A DNA stretch of 64,000 bases from the human T2T-CHM13v2.0 reference genome, Homo sapiens: assembly GCF_009914755.1 (NCBI RefSeq), contig NC_060929.1, one strand, 5' to 3'. This document shows positions 29,667-48,244 of the stretch, in pieces. The position numbers and the translations under genes are program-made. Positions within the stretch are counted from its first letter, which is position 1. Each line of letters opens with the position of its first letter. The notes below the pieces were generated by a model. The model was not told where the DNA came from. It searched no databases and was given only the letters and a program-made list of their open reading frames with translations.

Positions 29667-30282
29667 TGTTGGGGCTCAAAGAAATGACACTCCAAAATAT
29701 GGCACTTTGACATGCTGAACTAGAGAAGCAGCCACAAGGCCTCTCTGCCCTCCTTCCCCACCCCCCAATTCTCTGTGTCTCCCAAAGCATAGGATGAGGC
29801 TGTTCTCCGAAGATCCCTGATCTATCTAGAAACTGGGTCCACCAAAGAGAAACACAATTGCCTTTGATCCTCTCCCCTAAAATATCGCTAAGCAGAAAAG
29901 ATTAAAACTCATATCTCAGAGGAAGAGATGATAATTAAACACCACACTTGGAGCCCAGACACTGTTCTCTGGTCCTGTTTGATTCCCAAAGAGAATTATT
30001 TGCTAGCCATGAACTGAACATTGGGCCCATTCATTACCCCTAAAAATCATTTACTATATAAATTGCCACATTTCCCTGCTCTTTCCTCCCCTGTGAAGAA
30101 AAGTATATAAGCATCTAGACCTCACTGGGTTTTTAGGTAATCATCCTCCTGGGATTCCCTTGTGCTTATGTGTGTTAAATAAATGTATATGCCTTTTTCT
30201 CCTATTAATCTTCCTATTCATTCTCTGTTCACTTTCAGCAAAGCTTCAGAGGGTGAAGAAGAGCTTTCCCTTGGCTCCTACA
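29667..30282 (+). mobile_element. MER39 solo LTR inserted in a MER5-like relic
   Basis: tgttggggctca...ccaaaatatggcactttgacatgctgaact start, ...ggctcctaca end, TATA-like and AATAAA motifs inside; MER5-like flanks at ~29570-29666 and 30283-30340. Confidence 0.78.
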
Positions 30283-30389
30283 CGTTCTAACAAGATTCTC
30301 CCTGTGATTAGCATGCCCTTTAAAATTTGAGAACCCCTGGTCCTCAGGACCCCGGAGAAGTTAGGTCTGGATTAGAGGAATAAGGGCAG

Positions 30390-31188
<799 letters not shown>

Positions 31189-31515
31189 AGTAACCATAAC
31201 CAGGGCTTCGCCTTGTGAAGAGGATGGGAAACTTCCTCCTGGAAACAGAGTAGGTCTCACACTCAGTCCTCTACTCCAGGAGAAACAGGGTTCACCTGCC
31301 TGGCTCTTATCTCTCTGTCCTCCTGAGTCTATAGACTCTCATTTCTGTTGCAATTGCATGATTTGTTCTAACGCTCTCAATTCCCACAAGCACTTTTTTT
31401 TTTTAAAGTTACAGATTTTCGCTTGAGTAACTTCTTTAGATAATCTATGCTGCTTGCTATAGGAAGAACTTAGTGGCTGACAGTAAGAAATCACTTAATA
31501 TAAACGTATGTAAAG

Positions 31516-31815
31516 CCAGGCGTGGTGGCTCATGCCTGTGATCCCAACACTTTAAGAGGCTGAGGGGGGCGGATCACTTGAGGTGAGGAGTTTAGGACTA
31601 CCCTGGCTAACATGGTGAAACCCCATCTCTACTAAAAATACAAATTTTAGCAGGGTGTGGTGGCGTGCACCTGTAGTCCCACCTACTCAGGAGGCTGAGG
31701 CAGGAGAATTGCTTGAACCCAGGAGGTGCAGGTGGCAGTGAGCCAAGATTGTGTCAATGCATTCCAGCCTGGGTGACAGAGTGAGACTCCATCTTAAGAA
31801 ACAAAATAAAACAAA
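31516..31815 (+). mobile_element. AluS
   Basis: Alu consensus. Confidence 0.93.
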
Positions 31816-34514
31816 GATACATAAAAATATAAGGGCACATAGTTTCAAAGGTTGGTAAACAAGTCATTCAGTGTGTGTCATTGTGGCATCTGGGCTACAA
31901 AGGACAGCTGGGAGGTAAAATTACTGGGCAGAGCAGAGGATGGTTTAGATACAGGATAGTGGAGAAGCTTGTTTTTTTTTCTGAGGAATGATGATTAGAA
32001 TTCACCCAGGAGTATACTCTGGCCTAATTGCAGATATTAAGGCGATAGAATTGTCCAATCTGGTGAGTGATGAACTTAGAGTTGGTGATTAGTAGCCGTG
32101 AGGGTTGGGGCAGTGTGATGCTGTAGTCCTACCTGCCAAATGGAGCTGATAATACTCCAGGAAGATGTACTTTTATGTTTGTTTCACCAATAAGGAAATA
32201 CAAAAACAAGTTCAGTTTTCCACAACATTCAGGTAATGGGCTTTGAGGAAAAAAAAGATGAAAGTGGCAGTTCAGTGTGGGAGCTGGGAGGGCTGTGGAA
32301 GTGGGTGGGGCTAAAACAGAGCCCTCCCTGGACTGGCTGCTCCTCAGGATCTGCTGTGAAATTTGCAAGAAAGTCCTATAGAGCCTGGTTAGGAGCTGTG
32401 GAACAGGGGAGGGAGCTCCAGAGAAAACGAAGCATAAAGCTTAAGGCCCAGACCTGAGAGAAAGGCTAAATGCCCAAGACAGGAAAAGAACCAAGCAGGT
32501 TTTAGAACAACAGAAAGATGAGAAAGCAAAGAGGGGATCTGGAGAAAGAACAGGCTCGTGAAGCCCAGATTAAAATTCTCTTCTCAGGAATTGACAGTTT
32601 CCAGCTTGCGGCAGTAGAATCAGCTTTGCAAAATAGAAAGGAAAAGATTCCCCCTGAAGAGTTGCAAACCATCTGATTCATGATTTATTGCCTTAGAAAC
32701 GTCTGTATAAACACAAGGATTAGGTATTGTCTCCCCCAGCTTCCTGTCTTTAATTTCCTTCTTTTTCATCTGGATGTTTTGTTATGAACTCTTTATCTCT
32801 TAAGACAATGTCTTTAACATTCAATGGTTAGGGCAATTCCCAATTCAGTCTGTGATTCTTTCGCCTGTGCATGATTGTAAGATGTTCCTGCTACTTCCTT
32901 CTTACGCTAATAGTAGTAACATAAGACATCAAAACTCAAAGCAAAGACACTGACCCACAAAAAGTGAAGCGTGGAAATAATTGTTGTTCAGGGAGGCCCT
33001 AAAACAAGTCAGGTTTGAATACCTCAGGTCCTTTCTGTGCTCTGGGGGAGAGGGATTCTAAAGCCCAATTGCCTCACACTGACCTATGCTTTGATGCCCT
33101 CAGCATCTGGCCCTACCTCTCCACCTTCAACTCATACCATGTTCCCCCAAGCTCCAGTCCACTGGCCCCTTTTTGAGGTTCCAGGTGTCAGTGGAAGATG
33201 CCAAGTTGTGCTCTCCCTCTGCCCCAGATCCTCACATAGCTGGTCCTTCATCTTTCTCACCTCCATTCAGATGTTCCAAGTCTCAAAATATCAAGCTGAC
33301 CCATTTTCTTGGCATTTAAATCCCTTCCTGGTAACTGATTAGGCTTCCACCACTACTCAGCCACAACCAGTCTGGGTTGCAAAAATCAGTCACCTCAATG
33401 GCTGGGAGAAGTTAAAGACCCTTCCAATAGTGGCTTAGGCCCCTGAGGAAAGCTGTCAGGAAATTTTAAAAGAAAACTCAAAGGGCATTTTGATGAAAGA
33501 AGAAATAAGGAATTAAATTTCAGCTTATGAACAACAGTTGTAGAAAGAGGAGAGTTAGGAAGGTGAAGACTAACATTCATTTAGGTCCAGCCTCATTCCC
33601 ATGTTTTACCCATGTTATGACATGGAAACTTCTCAACAAGCCTACAGGGAAAGGTTAGTATCCTCATTTCGTAGATAAGGAAACCAAGGCTCTGGTTGAG
33701 CAAATTTCCCAGGATCCTGCAGCAAATACATGGAAAAGCCAGGTTCAAGCTGAAGCCCAGCTGACTCTAAGCCCATCTGTGTGTGTGCTGTTCCCTGTCC
33801 ACAGGCCTAGACTCTGCTCTGAGGACGTGGGGGTTTGGGTGGGGCATGTGCTGGCATTACACAGGTATTGAAAGACACATGGGCAAGAATACTTCCCATG
33901 CCCTCACCATCTATATGGATTTCACGTATCCTTTAGGAGCACCCGAGTCAGTACTGCCTCCTTTGTTTTGAAACAAAGGGTCTAGTTCACTGTCATTTTT
34001 ACACAATGGAGACCTTTATAAATTACAGCTTTTTGGTCCTCCACTTGCAAGGGAAACAAGGACCATAACAGGGCCATCAATAATCTCCCCAACGCAGAGG
34101 ACCTGAACATATAAGCTGCAAAAAGATGCCTGAAATTTTATAATTTGTTTGCTTCCTGAATAATCTTTTACTTGCTAGAATCAAATGTAAGTGCCACTGT
34201 GCTTGTGGCTTCACAGACATTTTGAAAATTAGATAATGCACCTTTAGGATGGGAGTGAGAAGCCTTTGTCCCTCATGGCATATTTTATATAATAAAAAAG
34301 GCTTGTATGGAGCAGGGGTGAGCTGGGAAGGTGAAGCTACTTAAGCTGCTGCTTTCTTTCTGCATTATGGTACAGAAAGTAGCAAAATATCAAAGCCACA
34401 CAGATTCCATCTTCCCTTAAAATGACAGAAGATTAGTTGAAGACAGAAGCAGCTCAGGCTCAGTAAAAAACAGAAGGTCTTTTCATATCCAGATGGGACT
34501 CTTTAATCCTATGA

Positions 34515-34871
<357 letters not shown>

Positions 34872-36924
34872 TATTTGGCTATCTCTTGAGTTACCTTCAG
34901 TATTAGAATCTGAGCCACAGTAGGAGAAACCTAATAGTCAACCTTAATGATGGATGTGGCAGAGAGAAAATTACAGCTCCTCGCTGGACAATGCACCCAA
35001 CACATGGAAAAACATAGGAAGAGGTTTGGTCTTTGAGTTATATAATCAGCCTGGATTTTTACATGGCAGAGAGAAGGGTGAAGGTAGATGCATATTGTAC
35101 CTTTTTTGTTTTCTGAAAAAAGTTTGCAAATGAGGCTTTGATTTGTATATGTCCACTTCATCTGGGAACTCCATTACTAATTCAGGGAAAGAGTTGCTGG
35201 ACCAATTGAACAATTTGTCTCTCAGATATATGCAGGAAAATGAAATATCCTATTAGTTAACAGAAAATTGTCCTGATACATGCAGTAAAAGGGAATTAAA
35301 AGCATTGTTTCCAAATTGATTGTGCCAGACAAATTTGGCCAAATATAAGTGCATGACAATATCCTCTTATGGTCTTGCACTTTGCTTTACAGTTATTCCA
35401 ATAGAACTCAGTATTTTGGGTCTGTACACCAAGAGGTGACATGAGATGGAAGCTGGGGTCATTATGGTTAACCTGAATGTGTCAGAAACCAAGCAGAGGC
35501 TGAATGTTATTATATGCAGCCTGTGAATCAGAGTGAATGGTAGAACCAGGCTAAACTATACATTGCAAAACAGGTGCAATGTTTGGATGGAATGGTCACC
35601 AACAGTATCCAAATAACCAATAGCTGGTTGATGGGTGTTATTTACCATACCAAAAACCCAACCTGCAGGGACACATTGTTCAATTGATCTGAGATCCCAA
35701 CCCACTTCCACAAAAGGAAAGAGGCTCAATTAATAGGAGCTAACAGAAACAGGTAAAAGGAAAGGAGACAGGCATGTGCACAAGAGATTTGTAGACCTTC
35801 ATGTGAAGAGGAGAATGTTAATAAAAACTTCTTGTGCATCAGCATCCTAAAATTCTACTGTTGCAGCTGCTGGTCTGATTTTCCTACAACATGGGGAGGT
35901 GTTTGCAGTGAAGATATCTTCTATTCCCACAAAGAGTAGTTTTTCATCTTTAAATCTTTAAAACAAAGAAATCTGAAAGCTAGAAAACAGCCAGGGATTT
36001 CCAAATTCAGTGTTTCCTAAATTCGTCTGTGCTACAGAATTATCTGTGATGCGTGTTAGACAGAGATTCTCAGACTCTGACAGCATCTCCAGAGAAATAG
36101 CTGGGATCGCTCTACTGAGCAAGCTCCCTGCTTATGCTCAGGCGTGGGCAGGTCTGGCAACATGATGATTGCACATCCAAATTGTACCAAAAAGAAAAAC
36201 AGGTGCACAGAAATGATACACCCAAGGTCCCTAGGAACACAATAGAACCAGGACTGAACTTAGGTCTCAAGCACATAAAAATCCAATCTTATTTAATTTC
36301 CATGGTAAGGAGGCACACATCTCACAGTGTGGGTTTCAGGACCACAAAGCCTAAGGTTTGGTTGCTTAGGGCAGTAGGTGATTGGACCAAACCCTTCTAT
36401 TCAATCCTCAGCAAGAAGTTCTGCAGCTCGATACCTTAGAAAAGATGCAATCACTTGACTCTGAAAATTCCCTGTTAGCTTGTCAGCTGGGGCTGCTTTA
36501 ATTTTACTTTTAGGTCATAATTCTATTTAATACCACTGAGCTCTGTTCTATTGATCACTGGGCTTGACTCAGCACTGATGTTTTTGAGGAATTGACCATT
36601 ATGTCTGAAGTGTAGGGTAAAGCGGGTATCCAAGGAGAAGAAGAGTGTTTGAGGCCCTATGATTTCCTGGAATATTACCCATCTGGGAAATTGTGTAGGA
36701 GTCCATTGGAGGAGATATTTTAAAACTCCAGCTTGGCAGAGGTTTTGTGGAAATGGACACCTAAATCAATTCGAGAGCAGCCTATGAGAGCTAGAATGGG
36801 GTCGGCAAAGTTAACAGCTTTTTTGCCTGAAGGAGTGGGGGCAGTGGGGTATGGAACAGGTATTCTTGCTGGCTTGTAGGTGGGTGAGCAGGGAGAAAGA
36901 GCTCTAGTCTCTCTTTTTCCTTTT

Positions 36925-37413
36925 CTTTCTTCCTTTTTTTTTTTCTTTTTTGAGACAGGGTCTCACTCGGTCTTCGAGGGTTGGAGTGCAGTGGCACAAT
37001 CACAGCTCACTGCTACCTCCACTTCCCTGGGCTCAGGTGACCCTTCCGCCTCAGCCTCCCGAGTAGCTGGGACTTATGGAGGTGTGTCACCACACCTGGC
37101 TAATTTTTTAAAAAACTTTTTTGTAGAGACAGGGTTTCACTATGTTGCCCAGGCTTGTCTTGAACTCCTGAGCTCAAGCAATCAACCCACTTCAGCCTCC
37201 CGAAGTGTTGGGATTACAGTCTCCAGCCACCATGACTGGCTCCTCTTTCTCTTCTTATTTGAGGACAATAATCTCATCATGAGGTCCCCACACTCATGAC
37301 CTCATCTAAACCTAATTACCTTCCAAAGGTCCCATCTCCAAACACTATCACATGGAGGATTAGGGCTCCAGCCTGTGAATTAGTGGGGAGGGGCACAGAC
37401 ATTCAGTCCATAA
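36925..37413 (-). mobile_element. AluJ (36925-37242) followed by an MLT1A/MST-type fragment
   Basis: Alu body, then cactcatgacctcatctaaacctaattacc...gacattcagtccataa. Confidence 0.8.
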
Positions 37414-38126
37414 TAGGAGGTGTCCTTACCTTCAGCCCCGTAGCGTGGTTGAACCTTGGTGGGGATGGAGAAGTGCTATAGAAAAGACCAGATGGATAGC
37501 GAATCTGAGAACATTAAGGTTGCATTAGGAGGCCACTGACTGTGGGAGTCTAATACCCAGAAGTAAGCTGCAATCTTAAGAACAAGATGAGATCACTTAC
37601 AGGAAAGAAAGAACATTTGGGTTTTTTTTATTCTTTTTTTTTGTGCACACATAAGTCTCAGTGTGTAAAATTTGACACCAGGATGTCCATATATACACAT
37701 TCACACACACATAGGAGAGACAGAGGAACATAGTAGGGGTAATATCCATAATGGTAGTTATCTCTGGATGGTAAAATTATGTTATTTTATCTTTTTTCAT
37801 TGACCACTAGTGCGGATTTTTCTAACATGGATTATTATTTATATATATAATTTATAACAAAAACTTCCCAATATATCTTTTCATAAGATGTCAGTTATTT
37901 TCAAAGGTCACTTGTGTTGTGTCTGCATCTTTCAAAATCATAGGTTGTAAACTCAAGCATTTAAATTCTTTTTTTTCTCCCCAGTGAAAAGATAGGAGAT
38001 TTGTTGCTGTTGTTTGTCTGGTTTTTGCGCAGGACTGACAAGTTATTTTGATGTCTTATAGGCACAACCTAAGTAATATAATTTGGTTAAGTTGGAAAAT
38101 AAGCATTTTGCAGAGCTTTCTCCTAG

Positions 38127-38480
<354 letters not shown>

Positions 38481-40289
38481 TGAAGACCATTTTTGAAACT
38501 CCAGTTAGGGAGATGTCTCCCACTGTGTGGCCGACCCCTTCCCATCCACAGATGAATGACTTAGTCATTACCTTTTACAAAGAAAATTCATTTATTTTTT
38601 TCATCAACGCTTTAAAAATAAAAACAAAATAAAGCTAGACATTTTTTTCTGATGGGATTTGGGAAGAAAGATTAAAAAAGTGTAAGAAAAGCCTTTAATG
38701 ACTCTGTAACATTTAACACCTAAACAAAGCGGCTTAGTACCAGTGGGAGCTGAAACTCATTAAAATGAAAATTATATTTGCTTCATCAATGCTAAAATAA
38801 ATCCAAGGGAAAACAAAGAGGTACTTTTGTAATTAAATTTAACTTACTGTCATAATCTCAATTCTCGCTATTTGCAACTGTGGGAGTTATTCTCAAAAGG
38901 ATGTTTAAGGATAAAGTTTTAGAGTCCACAGTATTCCAAGTTTGGGATAAAATTGAGATGATTCAAAGGAGAGAGAAAGAGGAAGGGGTGTCAGGTGGTG
39001 GGGGATTGAGAGCTTCAGAGAAGCCAGGCGGAGTGCCCGGATGAGGCTTCCCATCTCCTGTTCTCTACTGTGTTGCTGGGTGGAGTTCTCGCCTCCCTCA
39101 AGGGATAGCATGGAAAGAAAAACGTTGTTCCAGTGGTGTCTCCTCTGTCAGTACAGTGGAACAGGGAAGAATCCTGTGGAGTGAGACGGCCTCTTCGAGA
39201 GGAGTTCTAGAATTGGGACCCAGCGGGTGGAGGAATCACCTCAAACAGTGTGAATGTTCCCTAGAGAGCTGAGCAGTCTCTGACCTGGTCGACATAACCA
39301 CTCACCTGCTCAGAACGGCCCGTGATATGCTGCTGAATACCAGAAGGAGCTGTCGCCTGTTACTGGGTGGTAGCTACCTACCATCCCCGGAGCATTTGTT
39401 ACATGTCAGGCCCTGTACTAAGTAAACACTTTTCATATACTATCTCACTCAATATTCACAACAACCTTAGGGTACAGGAATTATTGTTCCTATTTTTTAA
39501 GAATACAACTTGAAAATTTATTCTCATTTCTTCATGGCCACACCTTTCATTTGATTGTGGTGAGATATACATAACAAAATTTTACCAAAATTTTAAGTGT
39601 ACAATTCAGTATTAAGTATATTCACAATGCTGTGGGACAATCACCACCACCCATTTCCAGAACTTTTTCACCATCCCAAACAAAAACTTTGTACCCATTA
39701 AACAAAAACTTCCTATTCCTTCTTCCCCCAACCACCTGGTAGCCACTAGTCTACTTTGTCTCTATGAATTTGCCTGTTACAGATACTGCATATAAGTGGA
39801 ATCATGTATTTCTGGCTTATTTCATTTAGCATAGTGTTTTCAAGTTTCATCCATGTTGTAGTATCCCATTATATAGGCTAGGAAACTGAGACTTATACTA
39901 AATAACTTGCCCAGGACCACAGAAGAATTAGTGATAGAGGAAGAATTCATATCCAGGGATGTCACACTCCAAGGTCCATGCTCTTAATCATCCTCTACCA
40001 AGTGTTTCTCCCAATGCAGACCACAGACCACTAAATCAGAATGACCATGAGTGCTTAAAAAACACAGATTTCTGGGCTCCACCCTACTAAGATAATCCTT
40101 CTAAACGATAATCCTTGTACTTTTAACACATTCCCCAGTTGATTCTTATGCAAAACTAAAGTTTGTGAATTACTTCATTCTTCTCTATTGAAAATGCAAC
40201 TAAGGAAAGATGGCGGCAGAGAAAATGAAGACATAGTTACAAACTCAAGGCCAAGTGATCTCATGGAAAAGGAGAAATGAGTAGGCAAG

Positions 40290-40689
40290 TGCTATGGTTT
40301 GACTAATAGTGTCCCCTCCAAAATTCATGTTGAAGCCTAATCCCCAATGCAACAGTATTAAGAGGTGTGGCCCTTGGGAGGTGACTAAATCATGCAGGCT
40401 CCACCCTCATAAATGGGATTAGCACCCTTATAAAAGGGCAGAAGGTGGAAGGGAGCATTCTCTTGTTCTTTTGTCTCTTCCACCATGTGAGGACACAGTG
40501 TTCCTCTCCTTCAGAGGAGGCAGCAATGGGAACCATCATGGAAGCAGAGAGCAGCCCTCACCTGACACTGAATCTGCTGGTGTCTTGATCTTGGACTTCC
40601 CAGACTTCGGAACAGTGAGAATTTAAATTTCTATTGTTTATAAATTACCCAGTGTGTGGTATTTTGTTATAGCAACACAGACTAAGACA
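40290..40689 (+). mobile_element. MSTD/MLT1A-type MaLR solo LTR
   Basis: tgctatggtttga...gactaagaca termini; ccttataaaag TATA. Confidence 0.85.
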
Positions 40690-41580
40690 ATAAGACTCTA
40701 GGAGTTGTCAAATGCCTATATATTTTGTTGGGGTCTCCTGGAGGGATTTCCAACGCGTCCACCCTATTTGCCCTTTGTGGCCCCATGAGTCATCCTTTCA
40801 TGAAGTGAAAAGATACATCTCTTATAGTCATGCCATATTTTTCATTCCAAGTTTTACGGTTTATGTCAATATGTATTATGTATGAAAAACAAACTAGCTT
40901 TTTGTCAAATGCTGCCAAAATGTAGCATCTCAATGTCTGGCATAAGAAAAGAAAGACACAAATGGTGATTGTGATGCTGGCAAACCAATGCACAACGTAG
41001 CCAAAATACATGTCATATTTAATGTGGGACTAAAAACTCACCTTCAGGAAGACTTTCACCTTGAAATCTGGTGATGTGTGGAACAGATGTTTTAATTTAG
41101 CTAAAATTATTTGCATAATCGATTTAACACGTGGTTTATCAAACCTGCCAAAGAGCAGGTGACAATATGGAATTAATATGATTACTAATTTGACACATCA
41201 TTGAGATTAATTTGACCTTTCTCGATCTCAGAATACCTAGAGGTCTTCACAGACAGGAATAGTGTGCTATGAAATGCAGTCTAAAATCCACCATCTTAGC
41301 ATCATAAAGTAAGCAACCACTTTGCTCAGTCTGGCCTCATGTTTCTATTCCTTTTCTTTCCATCTCTTCTCTAAATGGAAAGGAAGGCAATGAGTGAATA
41401 TTGGGGAACATATCTGATTCACAGTGTTCAAAATTTTATGAAAAGTAATTGATCTAACGTGCCTCTGATACTAGATGTGGTACTGCCTTCTCCCTGGTCT
41501 GTTGATTTATCTTTGAATCTAGACTCAAAGGATATCACCTTTGAGAATTAATTGGCTTAAGCCTTTAGCTTTAAGTCTAA

Positions 41581-41908
<328 letters not shown>

Positions 41909-42442
41909 TAATGACTTTTAAATTGTATATCAGTTTGATTACAATAGTAAATTATTCTATTAGAAATAATAGAAATGTTTATTAATAGGGAATTGATAAA
42001 ATAAAATAATATCGTATGCGAGTAAAATGCTGTGTGCCCATTTAAATGATGTGGAAAAAGTATATTTAATGATATAAAAACATGTTTGTGATATGTGACA
42101 TGAAGAAATCATATTGCATCTCTGAAAAATAACAATAAAAACGAGAAATCATATTGCAAATTAGTATGTGCACTATAAGCTTATTTTTATAAGAAAAATT
42201 ATGTACATATCTAAAAGGATAAATATCAAAACGTTAACCATGGTTATATCTACATGGTAGGATTAAGGCTGATTTATGGTTTTTCTTTTTTATTTATATT
42301 TTAAACAATTTTTTAAAACCATGAACATACAATTTTTTGGTGTAATAGAGAAAAAAGTCAATCAAAAAAATATTTGTGAAGTGAGGATGGCAGATTGAAT
42401 CAGCATCCAATTTTACTCTCTCCCAAAACTCCATTAAAGTTC

Positions 42443-42444
<2 letters not shown>

Positions 42445-42487
<43 letters not shown>
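42445..42487. repeat. (AC)~21 microsatellite
   Basis: Read directly from the sequence. Confidence 0.98.
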
Positions 42488-42488
<1 letters not shown>

Positions 42489-43303
42489 CCATGAAGGAAA
42501 CAACAGCAAGAATGTTTTGGAAGCTGGAAACATTTTGGAAACTGGTTTGGTAGGCTCGCAAAAGCCTAACCTCAAGGCTGCAGTAGGTAAATGAACCAAG
42601 CTGCTTTAGGCTGCAGAATCCTGCCTAGGATTGCCACTGGGGATGGAGATGGGAAGAGGGAAGAGGCAAGGGCACTGAAAGAAGGAGCACTGGGAAAGGT
42701 TGTCTGAGAAGCTGCGAGATCTCAAGAGACGGTCTCTCCTTCGTCATTCCTCAGCCCTTGAGCCCCTCATCCTTCACCCAACAGGAGTATGGAAGCTTAT
42801 TCTCTGTATTATGGACACTAGACACAGTTGGAAGTCTGATCGTCATACGCAAAACAGAAAGAATAAGTGATCTTATGCTCAGCAAATCCCGGCTGCAGAG
42901 CCCTCCCTGACCTTTCCACTCAGGTCCAGGACACCAACAGCCAGACTCTGACCCTTCCAGATAAGATATTGGAAATGGCTTCTTCATAAAGGCTAAATTT
43001 ATGCTTGCCCCTCAAGATTGCAAAATTAAGCAACATATCACTTAAGGACACATATGTAGGTGATATAACCAAAAGAAAAAAAAAAGCAGGGGAATGAATA
43101 CTCTTGCCCTATGTAATGAGGAGGAAGGGGTTGCACCTGGGGTAATACCTTGGTAATGTTTGATTTTTTTTTTACAGAACTAGAGTGATAGGAATATAGA
43201 TAGTATAATAATACATTTTATTATTCTTATTTAAATTTTAGATGTGCATTTTATATATTCTTCCCTACCTATTTTATATTTTACAATTCACAAAATGTTG
43301 GTA

Positions 43304-44385
43304 GGCCAGGCACAGTGGCTCATGCCTATAATCCCAGCACTTTGGCAGGTTGAGGTGAGCAGATTGCTTCAGCCCAGGAGTTTAAGATCAGCCTGGGCAA
43401 CATAGTGAGACCTTGTCTCTACCATAAAAAAAAATAGCTGGATGTGGTGGCACACATCTGTGGTCCCAGCTACTCAGGAGGCTGAGACAGGAGGGTTGCT
43501 TGAGCCCAGGAGGTCGATGCTGCAGTAAGCCATGATTGCGCAACTGCACTCCAGGCTGGGCAACAATGCAAGACCCTGTCTCAAAAAAAAAAAAAAAAAA
43601 AAAAAAAGGAGGCAACCTAAGACCTCTTCCTTTCTGTGTGATTTTCTCCCTTTCTTCTTTTCATCCCTATTATGTTTCTGCTGCTCTTTCATTCCCTTTT
43701 TCTTTTCTAGAACTTTATAGAGGTCAAGAGTTCAAGATCAGCTGGGCCAACATGGTGAAACCCTGTCTCTACAAAAAATACAAAAATTAGTCATGCACGG
43801 TGGTGCATGCCTGTAATTCCAGCTACTCAAGAGTCTGAGGCAAGAGTTTGAACCCAGCAGGCAGAGGTTGCAGTGAGCCGAGATCGCGCCACTGCACTCC
43901 AACCTGGGCAACAGTATGAGACTCTGTCTCAAAAAACAAAAAACAAACAAAAAAAGAAATGAGATTGGTCAAAAAGGTATGACCTAATGGGAATAGACAG
44001 GGGACTCCATCAATGCCTGTCTATTCAGATTCTTCTTGGCTTCACTCTTTCCTCCTGGGTATGGGCCAGGACCCTTTGTGGAAAGGTAGTTCCATGACCT
44101 ACAATCAAACAAAGTAGGTAAGAGAATTTCTTTATGTCCAGTTCTTACTCAAAAAGGCAGGGGAAGGTTAGAGTAGTATTTTCTGTTTTATGGCTGGCTT
44201 TGGGGATTTTTGGGTTCTGGTTTTTATGAACCACTTTGCAGAAGAGAAATTCTAGTTTCTGTGGCTTGTCTTGAAGAAGAATGAGAGGTGAAAGACAGGA
44301 AAGCAGGAGAGAGCCAGAGGAACTTTGCTTTTGAGGCTGCTTCTGAAGCCTTCACTTGGGGGCATCACTTTCTGAGCCCCCACAG
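43304..44385. mobile_element. AluJ (43304-43607 +), 5'-truncated Alu (43720-43958 +) and a MER34/MER39-group LTR fragment (~43960-44385 -)
   Basis: Alu bodies; LTR terminus ...ctttctgagcccccaca. Confidence 0.75.
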
Positions 44386-44947
44386 TGTCTTCTGATGAAC
44401 AGAAATGTTTAATGTTAATGAAGTTTAATTTATTAGTTTTTTAATGGTTAGTGCTTTCTGTAACCTAGGAAATCTTTACCTGTCCAAACATTGCAAAGGC
44501 ATTCCCCTATGTTTCCTTCTACATATTTTATAGTTTTAGTTTTTACGTCTATGTGTGTGACCCATCTCAAATTAATTTTTATGTATGGTGTGAAGTAGAG
44601 ATCATGTTTTTTTCCCATGTAGATATTAAGTTGTTCCAGGGCCCCATATTTTTAAACTAATAGAATGTGCCTCTATCCCTTTATTTGCTCATCATGCAAA
44701 AAAAATTCTAAACCTAAACCTGAAATTTTGAAATATGCATCCCTGTCTTCATATCTCACTGCCTCCCTATGACATGGCCAGTAACTTTAAGGACCACCTA
44801 TTATGACAGCTCCCCACCCCAGATAATTACAAATGATATATTTCTTTAGGATCATATTTTCAGATTAGAGAAAAATAGATTTTGAAAGGAAAAACCTTGG
44901 CACTATTATTCTTTGACTGCTCTGCTCTTCCAATGTCTAAGATGTAA

Positions 44948-46563
<1,616 letters not shown>

Positions 46564-47074
46564 TAATAGTATTAACTAGAGTCCATAGTTTATTCAGATT
46601 TCTTTAGTTTCTACCAAATGTTCTTTTTCTGGTCCAGGATCCCATCTAAGATACTCCATTACATTTGCTGGTCGTGTCTCCTTAGGTTCCCCTTGACTAG
46701 GACAGTTGCTCAGACTTTTCTTGTTTTTGATGATCTTGACAATTTTGAGAAGTACTGGTCAGGATGCCCCTCTGTTGGAATTTGTCTGTTTTACTCATGA
46801 TCAGATTGGGTTATGGGTGTGTATTAGTCCATTCTCCAGGGTTCTCTGGAGAACCCTGACTAATACAGTTCTTGCATTGCTGTAAAGAAATATCTGAGAC
46901 TGGGTAATCTGTAAAGAAAAGAGGTTTAATTGGCTCACCGTTCTGCAGGCTGTACATGCAAGAACAAAAGGAAAGACAGTTTCTTGCATGACTCAACTTT
47001 CAGCTTAATTTTTTTCGTTTTGACATAGTGAATTGGGGCGCCAAGATTTTTGTTTTCCTTTTACAATGTCAAAG

Positions 47075-47438
47075 TGATATGGTTTGTCTGTGTCTCCACC
47101 CAAATCTCATCTTGAATTGTCACCCCCATAATCCCCACATGCCCTGGGAGGGACCCGGCAGGAAGTAATTGAATCATGGGGTAAGTTTTTCCCATGCTGT
47201 TCTTGTGATAGTGAATAAGTCTCATGAGACCTGATGGTTTTATAAAGGGTGGTTCCCCTACACACGCTCTCTTGCCTGCCGCCATGTAAGAGGTGCCTTT
47301 GCTCCCCCTTCACTTTCTGCCATGATTGTGAGGCCTCCCCAGCCATGTAAAACTGTGAGTCCATTAAACCTCTTTTTCTTTATAAATGACCCAGTCTTGG
47401 GTATGTACTTATTAGCAGCGTGAGAACAGAGTAGTACA
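47075..47438 (+). mobile_element. THE1C/D MaLR solo LTR, within L1MC/MD and MST/MER4 fragments spanning 46550-47830
   Basis: tgatatggtttg...tgagaacagagtagtaca; TSD-like caaag/caagg. Confidence 0.88.
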
Positions 47439-47939
47439 CAAGGGTGGATACTACCAATGTGATTCATCACTGTTGATATTGACTGGGATTGAGATAGTGT
47501 TTGTCAGGCTTCTCCACTGTAGAGTTACTCCCCACCCACTCCACCCCTCCCTTCCCCCTTCTCATGCTATCCTCTTTGGAGGGAAGTCACTATGTGAAGT
47601 GCACTTTTAAGGAGCGGGGAGTTATGCTCCCCCCCCTTGATGGCAGGGAATCCAGATAAAATATTTGGGATTCTTCTGGGCAGGAGACTTGTCTCTTCTC
47701 CCCATTTATTAATTTATTCAATCATTTATATTAGTATGGATTTGTAGAAATTTATTTTATTCACTGGTTTATAATCCAATATTACTTTATTTTGTTGCTC
47801 AAATTGTTCCATTTTTGGCCATCGAGAGCACTTTCAGTTGGTTCTGGATGTTTACTTTTTAACTCTAAAAGTATTCAGTGTTCTGGTGAGTTTTATACCA
47901 TGATATTTAAAAACATGAATGGGACCTACCATATAAATA

Positions 47940-48244
<305 letters not shown>

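Noticed and set aside
35050-35760. Possible ancient ERVL/MaLR internal remnant
   Set aside because: No convincing motif could be read by eye; needs an nhmmer search
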